From: a virus
Taxonomy: Duplodnaviria > Caudoviricetes
Virus record (IMG/VR): IMGVR_UViG_3300028298_000008
Span: 1 to 62,634 of that record
Strand: one strand, 5' to 3'
DNA: 62,634 nucleotides
This document shows, in pieces, positions 26,643 through 35,545 of the stretch. The notes under the pieces were generated by a model. It made no database searches. It was not told where the DNA came from and worked only from the letters and a program-made list of their open reading frames with translations. The position numbers and the translations under genes are program-made. Numbering within the stretch: the first letter of the stretch is position 1; the number at the start of each line of letters is the position of its first letter.

Positions 26643-28430
26643 ATGCTCTTGAACCAACGAAACAAACAATCTCTTCCCTCAGAGTTTTATGATGCCGACT
26701 ATTATCTCAGGGGAATTGAAACAGGTAAAAGCTGTTATCAAAACTATCGCTGGTTGCCAGAGTTGACAATGCCAATGGTCATGAGGATCATTGATTATCT
26801 TCATATTCGTCCAGATCAAACTATCCTTGATTATGGGTGCTTTCCTGCTGGAGTCAAAATCTTAATGGGGAATAAAAATTATAAAAATATAGAGGAAATT
26901 TGTGTTGGGGAGGAAATAACAACCTCCAAAGGAAGTATAAAAAGGGTGTTATCTGCTTCTAAACGAAAGGTTAAGAAAACTATTATTATACATCTTTCTC
27001 ATAAAATGAAGATAGAATCTTCTTTGGAACACCCCTTCCTTTGTCAAAAAAGAGAGGAGGTATTATGTCGCCCATCAGGATGGAATGGCACATGCAACAC
27101 AAATCACCCTAAAGGATGCTCAAAATGTCATAAAAAGGGAAAGTATGATAGTCCTTATTTTGTAAATGCAGAGGATTTAAAACCTGGAGATTATTTATGC
27201 CTCCCAAGATTTTCTAAAAAAGAATATTTCATAGAAAAAGATGATTGGGCAGAATTTCTTGGTTTTTACTTAGCCGAAGGTAATCTTATTTATTCCCATA
27301 AGCATCATAATAAACCCCATAATATAGGAGGACTTGAATTTACTTTCCATATAAAGGAAAAGAATTATGCAGAAAGAATTGTGTTTCTTTCTAAAAAACT
27401 TGGGGGAGTTTCCACATCTGTTCGTGAATGTGAAGAAAGGCACACTCTTACTGTTTTAGTTTTTGGTAAAGTATTAGCAGAAGAGGTTTTGAGATTAGGA
27501 GGTCAAAAAGCAGATAAAAAAAAGCTCGCCCCCGAAATAATTAATACTTGGAAAGATTCTTCTATCCGAAAATTAGTAATTTCTTGGTTAAAAGGAGATG
27601 GTTGTCTTTTTCATAATCCTATAAATGGAGGAACCGTTTGGGGGGGATGTTCCATATCCCATGATCTTATTTTAGGAATGAGACAAATTTTACTTAGACT
27701 TGGTATTATGAACACTTTAACAAAAATAAAAAAGAAAGTGGATAGAAGACAAGCTTATAATCTTACTATTTATGGAAGATTTAATATCAACAAACTGAAT
27801 GAGAAAGAACAAAGAACAACCAATACTTCTATTCAAAATAGAATGTCTGATGATTATATCTTTGTACCGATCAGAAAAATAAAAATAAAAAACAAAAAAA
27901 CATTTGTTTACAATATGGAAGTGCAAGGAGATCACACCTATATTGCAAATGATCTTTGTGTTCATAACTGTTCATTAGGATTTGTCGTAAAAGCTTTCCG
28001 ACTTCTCCACAGACAAGCATGGGGATTCGATATAAGCAAATATGCTATCGACAATGTGGATCCTATGGTAAAACCATACTGCTTCACCTCTACCAATCTT
28101 GTGGAGATACCAGAGAGCTTTGATTATTGTATAGCCAAGGACGTTCTCGAACATATCAGTTATGAATGCATAGAGAACATCCTTAAATATATCAATGCCA
28201 AGAACATCTTCGCCATTATTCCACTTGGTAGTAATGACAAGTATGAAGCCCCATCAAACGACCTTGATATTTCCCACATCATCTGTGAGCAATTGGATTG
28301 GTGGCTTGAAACCTTTGCTCATTCGAACTGGGAATTTATTCACTTTGGTTATCGTATTGATGGCATCAAAGATTCTTATTATAGGAAGTATCCACGAGCA
28401 CATGGATTCTTTTTTTGTAAAAGGAGGTAG
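26643..28430 (+). CDS. class I SAM methyltransferase interrupted by an intein
   Basis: After removing the intein, motif I reads ILDYGCSLG, followed by GFDISKYA and FDYCIAKDVLEHI; N-terminal FYDADYY. Start may instead be 26616. Confidence 0.88.
   Translation: MLLNQRNKQSLPSEFYDADYYLRGIETGKSCYQNYRWLPELTMPMVMRIIDYLHIRPDQTILDYGCFPAGVKILMGNKNYKNIEEICVGEEITTSKGSIKRVLSASKRKVKKTIIIHLSHKMKIESSLEHPFLCQKREEVLCRPSGWNGTCNTNHPKGCSKCHKKGKYDSPYFVNAEDLKPGDYLCLPRFSKKEYFIEKDDWAEFLGFYLAEGNLIYSHKHHNKPHNIGGLEFTFHIKEKNYAERIVFLSKKLGGVSTSVRECEERHTLTVLVFGKVLAEEVLRLGGQKADKKKLAPEIINTWKDSSIRKLVISWLKGDGCLFHNPINGGTVWGGCSISHDLILGMRQILLRLGIMNTLTKIKKKVDRRQAYNLTIYGRFNINKLNEKEQRTTNTSIQNRMSDDYIFVPIRKIKIKNKKTFVYNMEVQGDHTYIANDLCVHNCSLGFVVKAFRLLHRQAWGFDISKYAIDNVDPMVKPYCFTSTNLVEIPESFDYCIAKDVLEHISYECIENILKYINAKNIFAIIPLGSNDKYEAPSNDLDISHIICEQLDWWLETFAHSNWEFIHFGYRIDGIKDSYYRKYPRAHGFFFCKRR
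26838..27968 (+). mobile_element. intein with LAGLIDADG homing endonuclease (377 aa) in the methyltransferase
   Basis: Block A CFPAGVKI, block B SLEHPF, FLGFYLAEGN, WLKGDG, VYNMEV...YIAN...VHN followed by Cys+1. Confidence 0.95.
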
Positions 28431-28432
28431 TT

Positions 28433-28603
28433 ATGACATATGGTGAGTTTAAAAAGAAGGTTGAGGAAGCTGGTGTTGAAGACCAATTTATAATTGACAT
28501 CATAGACACCGCAGGTTATCTTTCTGATGACTTTGATCTGGATGTGCACATTGATGCGTGGTCTATTGATAGAAAACGAGTTAGGATATTTTTACGAGGA
28601 TAA
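28433..28603 (+). CDS. small acidic protein (56 aa, not in ORF track)
   Basis: AGGAGG RBS; MTYGEFKKKVEEAGVEDQ... Confidence 0.6.
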   Translation: MTYGEFKKKVEEAGVEDQFIIDIIDTAGYLSDDFDLDVHIDAWSIDRKRVRIFLRG

Positions 28604-28613
28604 GGGGGTAGTT

Positions 28614-29012
28614 ATGAACAAAGGAATCAGACATAAAATTCTTGACTGGCTGATAGAATTGTGGGGAGGAGAACCAAACGGGATGATACCAAAATCACTT
28701 ATGCCATTCGCCTGCTTGTTGTTTCCACTAAAAGCTTTTTGGTGGTACAATCCCTGGTTCAAATATAATATATACAGAGATGCTTTTTTTTATGATAACA
28801 TTTGGATCAGTCCTCCCTTTCTACGCAGTTTAATAAATTCTCCACCACATTGTTTATTTCGTATAGTAAACAAAGAGGACGAAACCCTAACCATAGAACA
28901 ATTCTACTTTGAAGACTTCTGGAAAGACGCAACTTACGAAGTTGAATTCAAAGAAGGCAAACTTTACACAATACGGAGGAAATATGAAAGACATACCAAT
29001 ATTAATCACTGA
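28614..29012 (+). CDS. hypothetical protein
   Basis: GGGGG RBS before ATG 28614. Confidence 0.6.
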   Translation: MNKGIRHKILDWLIELWGGEPNGMIPKSLMPFACLLFPLKAFWWYNPWFKYNIYRDAFFYDNIWISPPFLRSLINSPPHCLFRIVNKEDETLTIEQFYFEDFWKDATYEVEFKEGKLYTIRRKYERHTNINH

Positions 29013-29232
29013 TCTTATGCGAGCGTTTGAAAAACTACCTGATCCAAAACTATTCAAAGGTCCACATGAAATAATCATTACAATAAAAGACAGCGTTACC
29101 TCAATGGATCGCCATATACTGTTTCGTCGGAGAGAGGTAATGATGAAACATGATGATAAGGAAGCTGTCCCTTACTGGACGCTGTGGCAAAACGTGGCTG
29201 TCGATGTTAAAAATTGGAAGGAGAAGAAGTGA
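28984..29232 (+). CDS. hypothetical protein
   Basis: GGAGG RBS. Confidence 0.6.
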   Translation: MKDIPILITDLMRAFEKLPDPKLFKGPHEIIITIKDSVTSMDRHILFRRREVMMKHDDKEAVPYWTLWQNVAVDVKNWKEKK

Positions 29233-29420
29233 TGCAACTATCAGAAATTAAGAAAATGCGAAACGATCTGGCAAATGTAATCTTCCTGATGATAAATGAT
29301 TTCAAAAAAGAAACAGGGGTTGATATGGTAGATATTCATGTTAATTATATTAAAATGGAAACAGTGGGCATGGAACCTTCTTACCAACTCAACAAAGTCA
29401 CTGTTAGCTTAACCATCTAA
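29232..29420 (+). CDS. hypothetical protein
   Basis: TGATG overlap with the upstream gene. Confidence 0.55.
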   Translation: MQLSEIKKMRNDLANVIFLMINDFKKETGVDMVDIHVNYIKMETVGMEPSYQLNKVTVSLTI

Positions 29421-29433
29421 GAGAGGGACTATC

Positions 29434-29952
29434 ATGTGGATGCAAACATTCACTGGAAAAAGAATCTGCCCCCAGGCTCTGAAAGTTGAAGACATAAATA
29501 TTGAGGACATTGCTCATTCTCTTTCAATGACGTGCAGATTTAATGGCCATTGTAACCAGTATTATTCGGTGGCGGAACATTGTGTGCGTCTTAGTTTGAT
29601 GGAAGACAAAAGTTCTCCTCAATGGAGATTGCTTCACGACGCTTCAGAAGCTTATATTGGTGATATTATCACCCCTGTAAAATCACTGCTCCGTACATTC
29701 TCTACCTTGGAAAACACTATTCATCTTGTGATCGCCAAGCGATTTGGATTGGATATTAAAGATTATAATTATGCAGTAATGTCCGCTGATATGAAACTAC
29801 TCGCTACAGAAGCAAGGGATTTAATGAACGCAGATCCTATCAAAGACTGGAAGATGAAGACCTCTCCTTTACCAGACAAAATCATACCATGGACGATACA
29901 TGGAGCCAAAAAGAAATTTCTTGATCGAGCAATTGAGCTTGGAATAAAATGA
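29434..29952 (+). CDS. HD-domain nucleotide phosphohydrolase (YfbR/YfdR-like 5'-deoxynucleotidase)
   Basis: IEDIAHSLS...RFNGH...YSVAEH...LLHDASEAYIGD...ADMKLLATE. Confidence 0.88.
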   Translation: MWMQTFTGKRICPQALKVEDINIEDIAHSLSMTCRFNGHCNQYYSVAEHCVRLSLMEDKSSPQWRLLHDASEAYIGDIITPVKSLLRTFSTLENTIHLVIAKRFGLDIKDYNYAVMSADMKLLATEARDLMNADPIKDWKMKTSPLPDKIIPWTIHGAKKKFLDRAIELGIK

Positions 29953-30024
29953 AAGGCCACTCAAAGTTGGGGAACAAAGGGGAAAGGAGTTAAAACCCTT
30001 CGTTTTCTTCGAGTGACCTTTTTT
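29953..30024. terminator. inverted repeat at the junction of the convergent arms, probable terminator
   Basis: AAGGCCACTCAAAG (29953-29966) / CTTCGAGTGACCTT (30007-30020), 12 of 14 Watson-Crick complementary, followed by a T run. Confidence 0.5.
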
Positions 30025-30027
30025 GCC

Positions 30028-30099
30028 TTACGGCTTCATCTTTGGGCAGAATTTACATCTCTGAGCAAATATAACTTTGCCCCCTGATAATTTTTGCAT
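30028..30099 (-). CDS. 23-aa micro-ORF downstream of the endolysin
   Basis: AGGAGGT RBS; MQKLSGGKVIFAQRCKFCPKMKP*. Confidence 0.35.
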   Translation of the reverse strand: MQKLSGGKVIFAQRCKFCPKMKP

Positions 30100-30107
30100 A
30101 AGACCTC

Positions 30108-30704
30108 CTACCAATAAGGAAGCACCCCTGTCCCAGCAGGATAATTTTGCCCATAATGATACACCCGTATGGAGTAGTCATAATTGACTTCGCAAAAATC
30201 AAGAACGCCCCACTTCATTTGGAGTTTCTTCCTTGTACACACTGCTTTCATTTTAGTCCAATCAGCAGTTCCGGCTCTCTGAAATTCTTTATACAATGTT
30301 GGTCGGCCACCATTATAAATTTGAAAGGTGCTCCAGAGCTTACCTGTCCAGTTTTCAATCTTATGAATCCTCCAAATATAATACGCTTGCAAACGACAAG
30401 CATCTCTTGTGTTATAAGGATTAAGATTCTCCTTCATCAAGGAATTGATCCATGTGGTTGTCTTTGGCATGAATTGAGCAACGCCCTGTCCACCATCAAA
30501 AGCAGTCACGTTACGGCAATTCGATTCTTGTCTCAACTGCCCCATCCCAAATGCCCATGGAGCAGCCCAGCCAAACCGCAAAGTAAATTGCTGTCTGACT
30601 TCAGGGACAAGAGTTTGACACCTGTTTACCGCAAAACTATTACTTGTGGCCAAACAAATTATTATCCCGAATAAAATCAGGATCCTTCCACATGCAATCC
30701 CCAC
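30108..30704 (-). CDS. endolysin, SLT lytic transglycosylase with N-terminal signal/SAR segment
   Basis: QLRQESNC, GQGVAQFMPKT, YNGG; hydrophobic N-terminus; lysis-cassette context. Confidence 0.88.
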   Translation of the reverse strand: MGIACGRILILFGIIICLATSNSFAVNRCQTLVPEVRQQFTLRFGWAAPWAFGMGQLRQESNCRNVTAFDGGQGVAQFMPKTTTWINSLMKENLNPYNTRDACRLQAYYIWRIHKIENWTGKLWSTFQIYNGGRPTLYKEFQRAGTADWTKMKAVCTRKKLQMKWGVLDFCEVNYDYSIRVYHYGQNYPAGTGVLPYW

Positions 30705-30864
30705 AAATCAACTCCTCTCCTTGACGAAAGTATTTATGTTCCACTCCCATAGCTTTGGAGTAAAAGCCATGTTTGCAAAGTTGGTGGCAGCGGTTGCATT
30801 CCGGATATAAACCTGATGTCAGCCAACGCCTGTTATTCACTTCAACCACCTGTTTGCCATCCAT
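30640..30864 (-). CDS. small Cys-containing protein
   Basis: CNRC...CGDC; packed between the holin and endolysin. Confidence 0.45.
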   Translation of the reverse strand: MDGKQVVEVNNRRWLTSGLYPECNRCHQLCKHGFYSKAMGVEHKYFRQGEELICGDCMWKDPDFIRDNNLFGHK

Positions 30865-31171
30865 AAATTATTACTCCATACCAAATGGCAATGAAAATTA
30901 AAGTCCCCAGGTTCTTTTCCTTCACAGCGACTTCCAAACTTATGGATGGAAACAAAAACTTCCTTGAGAAATCAGCCCATAAAATACCCATCACTGTTGC
31001 ATAGGCTTTTGTCAGCATTAAACTTACAAACGCCATTTTCGCCGTGATATTACCTGGCTCAAATAAACGATCAGGTATGAGATAAATTACCAGTGTCAAC
31101 AATATCAACGCAATCCCATCAAAAGATCGCTTCCTTGTCCTCATCCACGTTCTCGAATACCAAGGATACAT
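30842..31171 (-). CDS. putative holin
   Basis: Three hydrophobic segments, AGGAGG RBS, upstream of the endolysin. Confidence 0.65.
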   Translation of the reverse strand: MYPWYSRTWMRTRKRSFDGIALILLTLVIYLIPDRLFEPGNITAKMAFVSLMLTKAYATVMGILWADFSRKFLFPSISLEVAVKEKNLGTLIFIAIWYGVIIYGWQTGG

Positions 31172-31181
31172 AACAACCTCC

Positions 31182-31601
31182 TTACAAAATCAGTCCAAGA
31201 ATAATGCCCAGACCCAGAAAACCAAGTGCCTTCAAAGCCTGATCCATAAATTTTGGTTTTTGTTCATTGCAGATTTTCTCCTGCTCGTCTGCAACCTTCT
31301 TCCACTTTTCAATATTTTCATTGCAAATAATGAGCTGTCTTTCATACAAACCGATCTTATCCTTCAACAGGGCGGCTTGATTGTTGTCCTCAATAGTCTG
31401 TTGTTTCATAATCTCGATCTGTCCTTTGATATTCTGACAAACTTCCAGCTCAACGACCAACTTCTTTGCAGATTCTTCTGTAAAGCAAACATCAGTGGCT
31501 TGGCAACTTTTTGCAAAAGCAAAAATAACAAAGCCAGTAAGAAAGGCGGTAATCAATAGAACCCACAAACAATCCTTCTTTGTTCCCTTATCTAATCTCA
31601 T
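31182..31601 (-). CDS. putative spanin component (N-terminal signal, coiled coil, C-terminal TM)
   Basis: Hydrophobic N-terminus ending FAKSC; C-terminal ALGFLGLGIILGLIL; overlaps the i-spanin-like gene. Confidence 0.5.
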   Translation of the reverse strand: MRLDKGTKKDCLWVLLITAFLTGFVIFAFAKSCQATDVCFTEESAKKLVVELEVCQNIKGQIEIMKQQTIEDNNQAALLKDKIGLYERQLIICNENIEKWKKVADEQEKICNEQKPKFMDQALKALGFLGLGIILGLIL

Positions 31602-31914
31602 ACCCTGCTCCTTTCAATCGATCAATGATCTCTTTTCTGTTTGCAGGAGGTTTTATACTGGCAAGTTCTGCCTCCTTACGTCTCAATCGTTCCTGCAATA
31701 CCCCTTTTTGCTGTTCAGATATTCTTAATGCAGCATCCTTACTCGCAATATCTGATTGGAATTTTGTTATGGTCTCCTGATACTTCTCCTCGATCTTTGC
31801 CTTTTCATCATCGAGCAATGCCTGAGAATAAGAATTTCCTATCCTATAACCAACAAAGAATAGTGCAATAAACAGCATCCCGATAACGATTGCAATCACA
31901 GTCTCCTTTTTCAT
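31588..31914 (-). CDS. putative inner-membrane spanin (Rz-like)
   Basis: N-terminal TM followed by a coiled coil. Confidence 0.6.
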   Translation of the reverse strand: MKKETVIAIVIGMLFIALFFVGYRIGNSYSQALLDDEKAKIEEKYQETITKFQSDIASKDAALRISEQQKGVLQERLRRKEAELASIKPPANRKEIIDRLKGAGYEIR

Positions 31915-31924
31915 GGTGTCTCCT

Positions 31925-32362
31925 TTATTTTGATTTTCTTACAACATCTCCATCTTCACCAGACAAACCTCTGTGACCATGATGATTTATGCCTTCCCAA
32001 GCCTCAGTCATAGCTCCTTCACAATGTTTTGTAGTAACGGCATTACCAACAGCCTTTTCAACATTATCAACAGACTCTTTTATTCCACATAAGGCTTTGG
32101 CAGTGTCTTCCTTCCATTTATTCAGAGTTTCCTCCCTGAGTTTATTATAAGCGTCCCAACCCGCATAATATCTATCCATTTTTCTACTTTGCCATGCCCC
32201 TAACAAAGTAACGCAAAGAGGAACTAAAAATATAGTGATGAACAGATTATAGGTCAACACAGGTTCATTGACAATCTTCTCTCCAGCATCAACACAAAGA
32301 GGAATCAACAATAGCACCACACCAAGAATCCACAATAACCGTCTCTCACCTTTAGTCCACAT
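31925..32362 (-). CDS. membrane protein (two TM segments plus coiled coil), lysis-associated
   Basis: Hydrophobic segments, GAGG RBS. Confidence 0.6.
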   Translation of the reverse strand: MWTKGERRLLWILGVVLLLIPLCVDAGEKIVNEPVLTYNLFITIFLVPLCVTLLGAWQSRKMDRYYAGWDAYNKLREETLNKWKEDTAKALCGIKESVDNVEKAVGNAVTTKHCEGAMTEAWEGINHHGHRGLSGEDGDVVRKSK

Positions 32363-32425
32363 TTTATATTCCTCCTATAGTCAGAAATGCCTGCTTTACA
32401 CACAAGGATGGCGCAGGCGGCCTCT

Positions 32426-33376
32426 CTAAACTGAACAGGTCTTGTTTATGATATTTAATCTCTCAAAGAATTCGACATCAACAACGTCAACAAGCCGTGT
32501 TTCATAATAGCCACCAAATCCCTTTTTAATTTCTTCAATCTCAGCTTCACCCATTTTTGAATATTTAGAAAACATTTTCTGCGAATAAATCCAGTAACCA
32601 CCGTATGCTTTCTGACAATATTTAAGATATTCAAAAAACCTATTGAGAGGAAGAGTTTCAATGAAGATACCAGGAACAACAGTGTATCTTACACCATGAT
32701 AGACTCTATCCCAAAGTCGTTTTAACCGGAACATCCAAAGAGTCTTGAATCTATCTCTCTGGTCAGAGTAAGTATCTTCCGTAAATAGAAAGGGTGTATC
32801 AGGATATCTATCCAACGACCAATAGGTATTATAAGGGAAATGACCATTGAATTGCAACCCCTGTAATTTAAACTTCACATAATTTCTATGCTTCTTCCAC
32901 TGTTCTTCCCAAGTAAGAGCTTCGCAATTTTTACATTCACACCTGACCCCTTTATCATCTTTGCCAAAGAACGGAATTATGTTTGTTCCCTTTTTTGCTT
33001 CATAATGTTCTGTATCCCATAAAATACCTTGAGCAAACCCTTGATTAATTAATTCAAGAGCAGGATCAATCCTATTGTCGATATAATCCTGACTTATGGG
33101 ACATGGTGTGCCTAACAATAATTTTCCATTCTGAACAAACCTTTGATCTTCTGGAATTATATACCAAGGTCTTGTCCAACAAGGAGCAATAATCATGTTG
33201 ATTGTTGTATTCTTATATCTCTCCAATACCTTTATTGGAGGAATATACGATTCATAATATTCTACGTAAGGATCGTGGGGCAAATTGTAAAAGGCCACGA
33301 TAAGAGTATCAATTCCTGATGCAATCATCTTATCAAGATAATCAAAATCCGGCCATAGTACATATAATGCTTTCAT
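32426..33376 (-). CDS. hypothetical protein, possible glycoside hydrolase-like TIM barrel
   Basis: SGIDTLIV, TPCP, GILWDTEHY, CECKNC; fold guess is weak. Confidence 0.45.
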   Translation of the reverse strand: MKALYVLWPDFDYLDKMIASGIDTLIVAFYNLPHDPYVEYYESYIPPIKVLERYKNTTINMIIAPCWTRPWYIIPEDQRFVQNGKLLLGTPCPISQDYIDNRIDPALELINQGFAQGILWDTEHYEAKKGTNIIPFFGKDDKGVRCECKNCEALTWEEQWKKHRNYVKFKLQGLQFNGHFPYNTYWSLDRYPDTPFLFTEDTYSDQRDRFKTLWMFRLKRLWDRVYHGVRYTVVPGIFIETLPLNRFFEYLKYCQKAYGGYWIYSQKMFSKYSKMGEAEIEEIKKGFGGYYETRLVDVVDVEFFERLNIINKTCSV

Positions 33377-33745
33377 TTATTTCGCCATCGCCTTCGTCAG
33401 AGCATCAATCTTCACTGTCAGCTCGTCCACCTTTTCTTCCAGAACTTTCAATCTGTCAACAGACGGTTCAGGTGGAGGCAAAGCGGCAATTCGAGCTTCC
33501 TCCGCATCCACAGCAGTCTTTTCTTCTTTACTCATTTCAAGCATCACGTTATCCACAACCTTGATATACTTCCGCTCACAAGTCGGCACGAGATACAATT
33601 CAACCTTATTCGGGTCAACCCTATAAAGCTCAGGATTCTTTGCCTGTTGGTTCGTCAGTTTGATTGTGAGAAGCCCCGGATGTCTGTGATCCTTCTCGTC
33701 ATAGACTTTTTTGATTGTTCCGTCTGGTCTGTATATGGCTTCCAT
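33377..33745 (-). CDS. tail-fibre-associated / chaperone-like protein
   Basis: KVVDNVMLEMSKEEKTAVD and a C-terminal coiled coil; follows the receptor-binding-like gene. Confidence 0.5.
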   Translation of the reverse strand: MEAIYRPDGTIKKVYDEKDHRHPGLLTIKLTNQQAKNPELYRVDPNKVELYLVPTCERKYIKVVDNVMLEMSKEEKTAVDAEEARIAALPPPEPSVDRLKVLEEKVDELTVKIDALTKAMAK

Positions 33746-33754
33746 TGCGCCTCC

Positions 33755-34393
33755 TTATTTGGTCATAATCGTTTTAATGTTTGCCGCTGCCACTGTCATC
33801 ACCTTACCAGGAGCGATGCCGAAGATTTTGTGAGTCCAGCCAGACGTAGCATCATGCGTGATCTTAGGAATTAAACTGGGATCAACGGCATAATGTCTTG
33901 ACCAGTAGCTAACCCAATTTTCATCATTAATATTAAGGACAAGACTGAGTGTGCTTTGCGCTGCACCAACAGCATCATTCCAGATGTTTGTTATATTAAA
34001 ATTATGCCACGCGTATCGTGCTGGAACAGAAACACTTACCGCATTTGTCGTCGTGTAGTCAGTGCCACTTCCCGAACACCCCCCGCCATTCCAATTTGTT
34101 GAGGCTTTATACTGATTCCAGTTACTGACGACAGGGTTCCAGCCACCTGCACCTTCCGTCCAGTCTGTAATTAACATTCTCGATACAACCCCTTTGTCAG
34201 CAACGGCAGATCTATTTGAAACGTAAAGTGATAATACTGCTGAGGTAACTGTAGATAGCCCAGTAATATTAAATGCTATAATACCCCGGCGAGTCGTGGT
34301 TCCATCTAATATTATTTCTGTATCAGCACCCCAATTGGTAGTAGAGTATCCTGCCCTCATAAAATTGTCTTTTAGTGCATTTAATACAGTCAT
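33755..34393 (-). CDS. DNRLRE/CBM96-like beta-sandwich virion protein
   Basis: KDNFMRAGYSTTNWG...RRGIIAFNITGL...VTSAVLSLY...WTEG...WN...FNITNI...PKIT; GGAGG RBS at the true start 34393. Confidence 0.72.
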   Translation of the reverse strand: MTVLNALKDNFMRAGYSTTNWGADTEIILDGTTTRRGIIAFNITGLSTVTSAVLSLYVSNRSAVADKGVVSRMLITDWTEGAGGWNPVVSNWNQYKASTNWNGGGCSGSGTDYTTTNAVSVSVPARYAWHNFNITNIWNDAVGAAQSTLSLVLNINDENWVSYWSRHYAVDPSLIPKITHDATSGWTHKIFGIAPGKVMTVAAANIKTIMTK

Positions 34394-34893
34394 ACCACCT
34401 CCACCAGCACTAAAGCGGGCAGGAATAACAGTATATCCGCAGCCAGAGCCACGCCGACCACCTGAATCTGATCGCCAGTTTGATTTGGTACAGTTTGATT
34501 TAATGCACCTGCTGTATGTGCTGTATCCGCTCCTGAACCAGCATAGACCAGATCGCCCACTGTCCATCCCGGATTAAGGGTATGAAGGTGAACAATAGTC
34601 CCTGGTAGCAGAAAGACGCCTACCGCATCTGCGCTGATAGTTGCCGCCGCCATCACACTACCGGGCATAGTCGCCGCGCCGTCCGCATCAGTCAAGGCCG
34701 CCTCACCGCTTGCATTGATAAAACATAGCTGGCCGAGGGCTACGTTTTCATGGGCTGTCAAGGTAACTATATTCCCTTCCCATGTATCAGCAGCAGGGGC
34801 AGGAGCTGTATCAATGGAATGGCCATTTAGGTCAAGATCCCCACCAAGTTGTGGAGTGGTATCTTTGACGATATTCTCTCCCAATTTAAGCAT
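34390..34893 (-). CDS. virion structural / tail accessory protein
   Basis: DTTPQLGGDLDLNG; Ala/Gly/Thr-rich; WTVGDLVY, QVVGVA. Confidence 0.65.
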   Translation of the reverse strand: MLKLGENIVKDTTPQLGGDLDLNGHSIDTAPAPAADTWEGNIVTLTAHENVALGQLCFINASGEAALTDADGAATMPGSVMAAATISADAVGVFLLPGTIVHLHTLNPGWTVGDLVYAGSGADTAHTAGALNQTVPNQTGDQIQVVGVALAADILLFLPALVLVEVV

Positions 34894-34904
34894 CAAACAC
34901 CTCC

Positions 34905-35231
34905 TTAGCTCCTCCTCATACCAGATAGATGGAATGAGCAAGATTCCCCAGAATTTGCTTTCACTCTGATCTGTTCCAGATTCCGAGCATTTACACTTAA
35001 CTCGTGTATATCATTTCCATCAATTGTTTTATCATAGGCAAGAAAGGATGCCACCGCAGCAGGGGATTCCCCTGATGGAGAATGGGCTACTCTGTAAGAT
35101 TGAATCAAAGCAGACTGATTTACAATCCTAACAATCCCAACAACATCTGCATTTGCAGGCACCTCATATAGTTGAGCCTCTGTCACATTTGCTGGTTTCA
35201 GCGCAGCTAATCTTAAATACTGAACAGTCAT
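34905..35231 (-). CDS. small virion accessory protein (beta-rich)
   Basis: LYEVPA...IVNQ...FLAYD...SFHLSG; two SGE motifs. Confidence 0.65.
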   Translation of the reverse strand: MTVQYLRLAALKPANVTEAQLYEVPANADVVGIVRIVNQSALIQSYRVAHSPSGESPAAVASFLAYDKTIDGNDIHELSVNARNLEQIRVKANSGESCSFHLSGMRRS

Positions 35232-35250
35232 TTTAATTCCCTCCTTTTAA

Positions 35251-35535
35251 TTATAGAGTGCTATAAAAGAAACCAATAGTTTCTTCAGTATCCACTGCTG
35301 TCTTGGTAGCCTTCTGTGTTGCAATTACCGTATCACTGTTTGCCGCCAAAGTTCCATCTGTATCGTAAGTCAACCCCCAAGAAGCATCACCATTAGCATC
35401 TCCCGTCAATATGGTGCTCGCAGCTTTGCCTGTAAGCAAGCGAATAGTGTAAAAGAAACCCTTCAGCCATGCTTTTGCAGTGGTTCCAATTCCACCTTCA
35501 TTATCTGCTCGCGGCACTATGTTTTTCGTAGCCAT
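35251..35535 (-). CDS. tail fibre-like small protein
   Basis: NIVPRADNEGGIGTTAKAW, DGTLAANSDTVIATQKATK. Confidence 0.65.
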   Translation of the reverse strand: MATKNIVPRADNEGGIGTTAKAWLKGFFYTIRLLTGKAASTILTGDANGDASWGLTYDTDGTLAANSDTVIATQKATKTAVDTEETIGFFYSTL

Positions 35536-35545
35536 TTCTTCCTCC

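Noticed and set aside
10947-28430. Bacterial O-antigen/capsule locus or a chimeric assembly
   Set aside because: The genes are interleaved and translationally coupled with phage-type HNH and hypothetical genes and lack all membrane assembly components.
29434-29952. HD hydrolase as DatZ of a 2-aminoadenine (Z-DNA) system
   Set aside because: No PurZ or MazZ gene is visible in the window, and this HD family is common in ordinary phages.
30147-30674. 175-aa plus-strand ORF
   Set aside because: Antisense shadow of the endolysin, with no recognisable motifs.
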